From Elusimicrobiota bacterium (GTDB lineage Bacteria > Elusimicrobiota > Elusimicrobia > UBA1565 > UBA9628), in the NCBI GenBank assembly GCA_016182905.1, contig JACPFR010000005.1, positions 76,185 through 140,184 on the forward strand: a stretch of 64,000 bases of DNA, read 5' to 3'. The notes below the pieces were generated by a model, which did no database searches, was not told the origin of the DNA, and worked only from the letters and a program-made list of their open reading frames with translations. Made by a program: the position numbers and the translations under genes. Positions 58,848 to 64,000 of this stretch are shown in pieces; positions within the stretch are counted from its first letter, which is position 1; each line of letters starts with the position of its first letter.

Positions 58848-59582
58848 ATGACCAGGCATGCGGACGAGTCGCACCACAAGAAGGCGCGGCGGCACGAGGA
58901 TTACGACGCGGCCACGCGCATGGGCTTCCTCGTCCACGAGCTGCGCAACGCCCTGGCCTGCGTCTTCGTGGCCCACGCCATGATCAAGAAGTCTCCCGAC
59001 GCCGGCGCCGCCGCCGCCCTGCTGGAGCGCAACCTGCGGCACATGCGCGTCCTCCTCGACCGCGCCGACGCCGAGGTCCGCCTTCATAAGGAACCGCCGG
59101 CGCACCGCCGCCTGATGACCTTGACCGAGGCGGTCCGGGACGTCGTCGCCACGGCGGCCGAGCAGGCCCGCGTCAAGGGCGTGGAACTCTCGGTCCGCGT
59201 CGACCCGCGCCTGACGGTCAACGCGGACGGGCCCTACCTCTCGTCCGCCCTGTCGAACCTGGTGCGCAACGCGATCAAGTTCACCCCGGCGGGCGGCACC
59301 GTGCGGGTCCGCGGCCTGGAGAAGGAGCACTCCGCGGCGCTCGAGGTGGAGGACCAGTGCGGTGGGCTGCCTCCCGGCGGGATCGCGGAGCTTTTCGAGC
59401 CGTTCACGCAGAAGGGGACCGACCGCTCGGGCCTCGGGCTCGGCCTGGCGATCAGCCGCCGCGCCGTCGCGCTCAACGGGGGCACCCTCGGCGCGCGGGA
59501 CCTGCCCGGGAAGGGCTGCGTGTTCACGATCACTTTGCCGAAGGCCAGGGCCGGCCGTCATGGAACCGTCACAATAGCCTGA
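58848..59582 (+). CDS. Sensor-less cytoplasmic histidine kinase
   Basis: VHELRNAL at about residue 30; NLVRNAIKF, DQCGG and GLGLGL motifs. Confidence 0.88.
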   Translation: MTRHADESHHKKARRHEDYDAATRMGFLVHELRNALACVFVAHAMIKKSPDAGAAAALLERNLRHMRVLLDRADAEVRLHKEPPAHRRLMTLTEAVRDVVATAAEQARVKGVELSVRVDPRLTVNADGPYLSSALSNLVRNAIKFTPAGGTVRVRGLEKEHSAALEVEDQCGGLPPGGIAELFEPFTQKGTDRSGLGLGLAISRRAVALNGGTLGARDLPGKGCVFTITLPKARAGRHGTVTIA

Positions 59583-59651
59583 CGCGGCCATGATTGCTTC
59601 CGGCGGACGTCCGGGAATATGCTCTTGGCACGGCGCGTGCGGGAGGGTCAC

Positions 59652-60038
59652 ATGAGACGAGCGGTCAGATCGCGAGGCGCGGGCGGCACGGCGGTCCTGG
59701 AGGCGCCTCGCCGCGCGCGCACGCCGATGAGCTTCAAGCTGTGGGACACGTTCGGCGCGGACGACGTGGCGCCGGAGATCTCCGTGGAGCATCCGCAGAT
59801 CGGTCAGCGCAGCTATTTCCCGGAGAGCGAGTACCAGGTCCTGGACTCCTCGATCGAGGGGCTGGAGATCTCCATCGACGACGACGAGTGGCGCCCGTGC
59901 CGCCGCGGCGAAGGGTGCTGGTCGTACGAATGGACGGAGTATCAGCCCGGACGCCGGCAGGCCGTCGTCCGCGTCCGTCCGCACCGCAGGGAGAAGGAGC
60001 CGCGCCAGACCTGCCTGTTCCTGGTGGACCTGCCGTGA
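59652..60038 (+). CDS. Small Ig-like hypothetical protein, paralog C
   Basis: RBS ggagg; ISIDDDEWRPCRRGEGCWSYEW. Confidence 0.72.
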   Translation: MRRAVRSRGAGGTAVLEAPRRARTPMSFKLWDTFGADDVAPEISVEHPQIGQRSYFPESEYQVLDSSIEGLEISIDDDEWRPCRRGEGCWSYEWTEYQPGRRQAVVRVRPHRREKEPRQTCLFLVDLP

Positions 60039-60325
60039 CGCGGCTCTCACCGGCCGGCTCGGAAGGCTTCGCCGTGCTCTACCCCGGAGAGGGGGAGGTC
60101 GTCGACGCGTCCCGCTGCCGCTTCCTCATCGACGCGCCGGACCGCCGCGTGGAGATCGCCATCGACGGCGAGCATTGGGACGCCTGCCGCCTGGGCGGCG
60201 GCTACTGGTGGTTCGAGCGGTCCGGCCTCGCGCCCGGGCGGCATCAGGCGCTCGTCCGCTGCGAGGGGACGTCCGGACGGCCCCCGGTCCAGCGCGCCGT
60301 GCGCTTCCTCGTCGCGGCGAGCTGA
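60035..60325 (+). CDS. Small Ig-like hypothetical protein, paralog D
   Basis: GTGA overlap with paralog C; IAIDGEHWDACRLGGGYWWFE. Confidence 0.72.
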   Translation: MTRLSPAGSEGFAVLYPGEGEVVDASRCRFLIDAPDRRVEIAIDGEHWDACRLGGGYWWFERSGLAPGRHQALVRCEGTSGRPPVQRAVRFLVAAS

Positions 60326-60338
60326 CGAGGCGTTCGCC

Positions 60339-60404
60339 GTCACGAGGCGGTCAGAAAACCGTGACTCCGCCGCCGTAGCCGGGTACCGGCCGTTTCCCTA
60401 TCAT
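60339..60404 (+). promoter_or_regulatory. Shared-motif promoter 5 with four 11-bp-phased half sites
   Basis: GTCAC 60339, GTCAG 60350, GTGAC 60361, GCCGT 60372, then N22 and TATCAT 60399. Confidence 0.7.
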
Positions 60405-60410
60405 AGTCCC

Positions 60411-60911
60411 ATGAACAACGAATCCCGACGGTCCGTCGCCTCCCTTTCCGCCGCGCTCCTCGTCGCCGCCGCGCTCCCCGCCTACGCCGCCGTTCCCGAT
60501 CCGGCCCTGGATTACCCGCTCGAGCGCGGCGTCGCCGCCGGCGAGCAGTGGCGGAAGATGCTGGGCCTCAGCGCCGAGCAGGCCCGCAAGTTCACGGCGC
60601 TGGAGAACGAGAAGGCCGCGAGGCTCAAGCCCCTGAGGGAGCTGCTGCGCCATGAGATGGTGAAGCTGCAGTCGCTGCTGGCCGACAACGGCAGCGAGCG
60701 CGACGTGGAGGACTCCCTCGAGCAGGTGAACCAGATCAACCGCGCCATCGCGGAGCGCAGCGAGCGCGTCGACGCCGGCCTGAACGCCTTCCTGTCGGCC
60801 TCGCAGCGCGCCCGCCTGCTCGTCTGGCGCTCCTTGGGAGGGGCGGACGGCTACGCCGCGCGCCGCCTCGAGGCCGCGACCCGCCACGACGAGGAATCCG
60901 AGAGCGAGTAG
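60411..60911 (+). CDS. Spy/CpxP-like periplasmic helical protein
   Basis: Signal peptide; LGLSAEQ and FLSASQRA (LTxxQ-like) motifs flanking long helices. Confidence 0.78.
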   Translation: MNNESRRSVASLSAALLVAAALPAYAAVPDPALDYPLERGVAAGEQWRKMLGLSAEQARKFTALENEKAARLKPLRELLRHEMVKLQSLLADNGSERDVEDSLEQVNQINRAIAERSERVDAGLNAFLSASQRARLLVWRSLGGADGYAARRLEAATRHDEESESE

Positions 60912-60916
60912 CCGCG

Positions 60917-62782
<1,866 letters not shown>

Positions 62783-62789
62783 GGGACGG

Positions 62790-62833
62790 ATTATATCGGC
62801 GCGCGCCGCGCGCGGCCATGGAGCGGGCGTAAA
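62790..62833 (-). promoter_or_regulatory. Shared-motif promoter 6 (glmS, leaderless)
   Basis: TTTAC-N6-TCCAT-N22-TATAAT, 7 nt before the ATG. Confidence 0.7.
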
Positions 62834-62948
62834 GCCTGCGCTTTCGAATCGTGACGCGGACGTTCGCAAGATCGTTACTCGCCCGTCCAGCGGATCAGAT
62901 ATCAGGATGCTAGCATCCGTGCTCAAGACCGCAGAGGAGAGAGCAATC

Positions 62949-64000
62949 ATGACACCGAAGACCACGACCTTGACGAGAGGGCCCGCCGCCGCCGCCGAAG
63001 CCGGCCGGGACGCGGACGCCCTCGGATCGCTGCTGAAGAAGTTCCCGACCCGCGACGCGCGCGTCGCCGTCATGGGGCTCGGCTACGTCGGGCTGCCGCT
63101 GCTCCGCTTGTTCGCCTCGAAGGGCTTCCGCGTCATCGGCTGCGACACGGACCAGTCGAAGATCGACTCGCTCAACCGCGGGCGTTCCTATATAAGGTCG
63201 GTCCCGTCCGAGGACATCTCCCGCCACCTCGCGGCCAAGCAGCTGCTGGCGACGTCCGACTTCCGCAGCCTCGCCGGGGCGGACGCGATCTTCGTCTGCG
63301 TCCCGACGCCGCTGACGATGGACGGCAAGCCCGACGTCTCCGCCATCCGCCAGACCGCGAAGGCCATCGGCGCCACCCTGCGCAAGGGACAGCTGATCAT
63401 CCTGGAGAGCACGAGCTATCCGGGGACGACGCGGGAGGTCATGAAGCCCGAGCTCGAGAAGCGCGGCCTGAAGTGCGGGAAGGACTTCTTCCTCGCCTTC
63501 TCGCCGGAGCGCGAGGATCCCGGCAACAAGGATTTCTCGATCGAGCAGATCCCGAAGATCGTCGGCGGGATCGACGAGCCCTCGCGCACGGCCGCGGCCG
63601 CGCTGTACCGCGAGGCGGTGGCCCGCGTGGTCGAGGTCTCCTCTTGCGAGGCGGCCGAGGCCGCGAAGCTCCTCGAGAACATCTATCGCTGCGTGAACAT
63701 CGCCCTCGTCAACGAGCTGAAGATGTGCTTCGATCGCATGGACATCGACGTGTGGGAGGTCATCGGCGCGGCGGCGACCAAGCCGTTCGGCTTCCAGGCG
63801 TTCTACCCGGGCCCCGGCCTGGGCGGCCACTGCATCCCGATCGATCCGTTCTACCTGTCGTGGAAGGCCCGCGAGTTCCAGTTCAACACCCGATTCATCG
63901 ACCTCGCCGGCGAGATCAACATCCAGATGCCCTACTACGTGATGGCGAAGCTGGAGGAGGGACTGAGGGCGCAGGGCAAGAAGCTCGAGGGAGCGCGGGT
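62949..64000 (+). CDS. Nucleotide-sugar dehydrogenase (UDP-GlcNAc 6-dehydrogenase WbpA/WecC-like), runs off window
   Basis: Read directly from sequence (absent from ORF track): GLGYVGLP, CVPTP, ESTSYPGTT, FSPERED, KLLEN and GPGLGGHCIPIDP. Confidence 0.93.
   Translation, partial: MTPKTTTLTRGPAAAAEAGRDADALGSLLKKFPTRDARVAVMGLGYVGLPLLRLFASKGFRVIGCDTDQSKIDSLNRGRSYIRSVPSEDISRHLAAKQLLATSDFRSLAGADAIFVCVPTPLTMDGKPDVSAIRQTAKAIGATLRKGQLIILESTSYPGTTREVMKPELEKRGLKCGKDFFLAFSPEREDPGNKDFSIEQIPKIVGGIDEPSRTAAAALYREAVARVVEVSSCEAAEAAKLLENIYRCVNIALVNELKMCFDRMDIDVWEVIGAAATKPFGFQAFYPGPGLGGHCIPIDPFYLSWKAREFQFNTRFIDLAGEINIQMPYYVMAKLEEGLRAQGKKLEGAR

Noticed and set aside
62783-63073. N-terminal extension of GlmS
   Set aside because: GlmS needs Cys at the mature N-terminus (MCGIVG at 62782).

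Overview
GC-rich bacterial DNA from a diderm (TolC, PorV/PorQ-like barrel, LpxD-like gene). A giant protein with a T9SS-type C-terminal domain next to a PorV/PorQ gene, in a high-GC background, suggests Elusimicrobiota, but this is inference only. (1) 1-15.9 kb looks like an island remnant. It holds a lower-GC run of four secreted ORFans, a double-rhodanese gene, a 2762-aa surface protein and a PorV/PorQ barrel, all apparently one translationally coupled operon. A Fic gene and a 3'-truncated tRNA-Tyr with att-like repeats follow. (2) 16-41 kb contains a yybP-ykoY Mn riboswitch-TerC-htpX unit, a carbonic anhydrase-GT2-SDR-PTPS-II operon, stress genes and a P-type ATPase. It also has an ECF sigma/zinc anti-sigma pair whose likely promoter occurs twice, and a TetR-controlled MacAB-TolC-like exporter. 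(3) 41-64 kb contains USP and ppsA, an adenylation enzyme-AsnB-NadE-ACP-LpxD-like cluster, two-component genes, four paralogous small Ig-like proteins, a Spy/CpxP-like gene, glmS and a UDP-sugar dehydrogenase. The strongest hidden signal is that six promoters between 45.7 and 62.9 kb share KTBAC-N6-KCMRT-N22-TANNNT at identical spacing, implying an unannotated envelope/glycan regulon. All calls were made by eye; no database searches were run.
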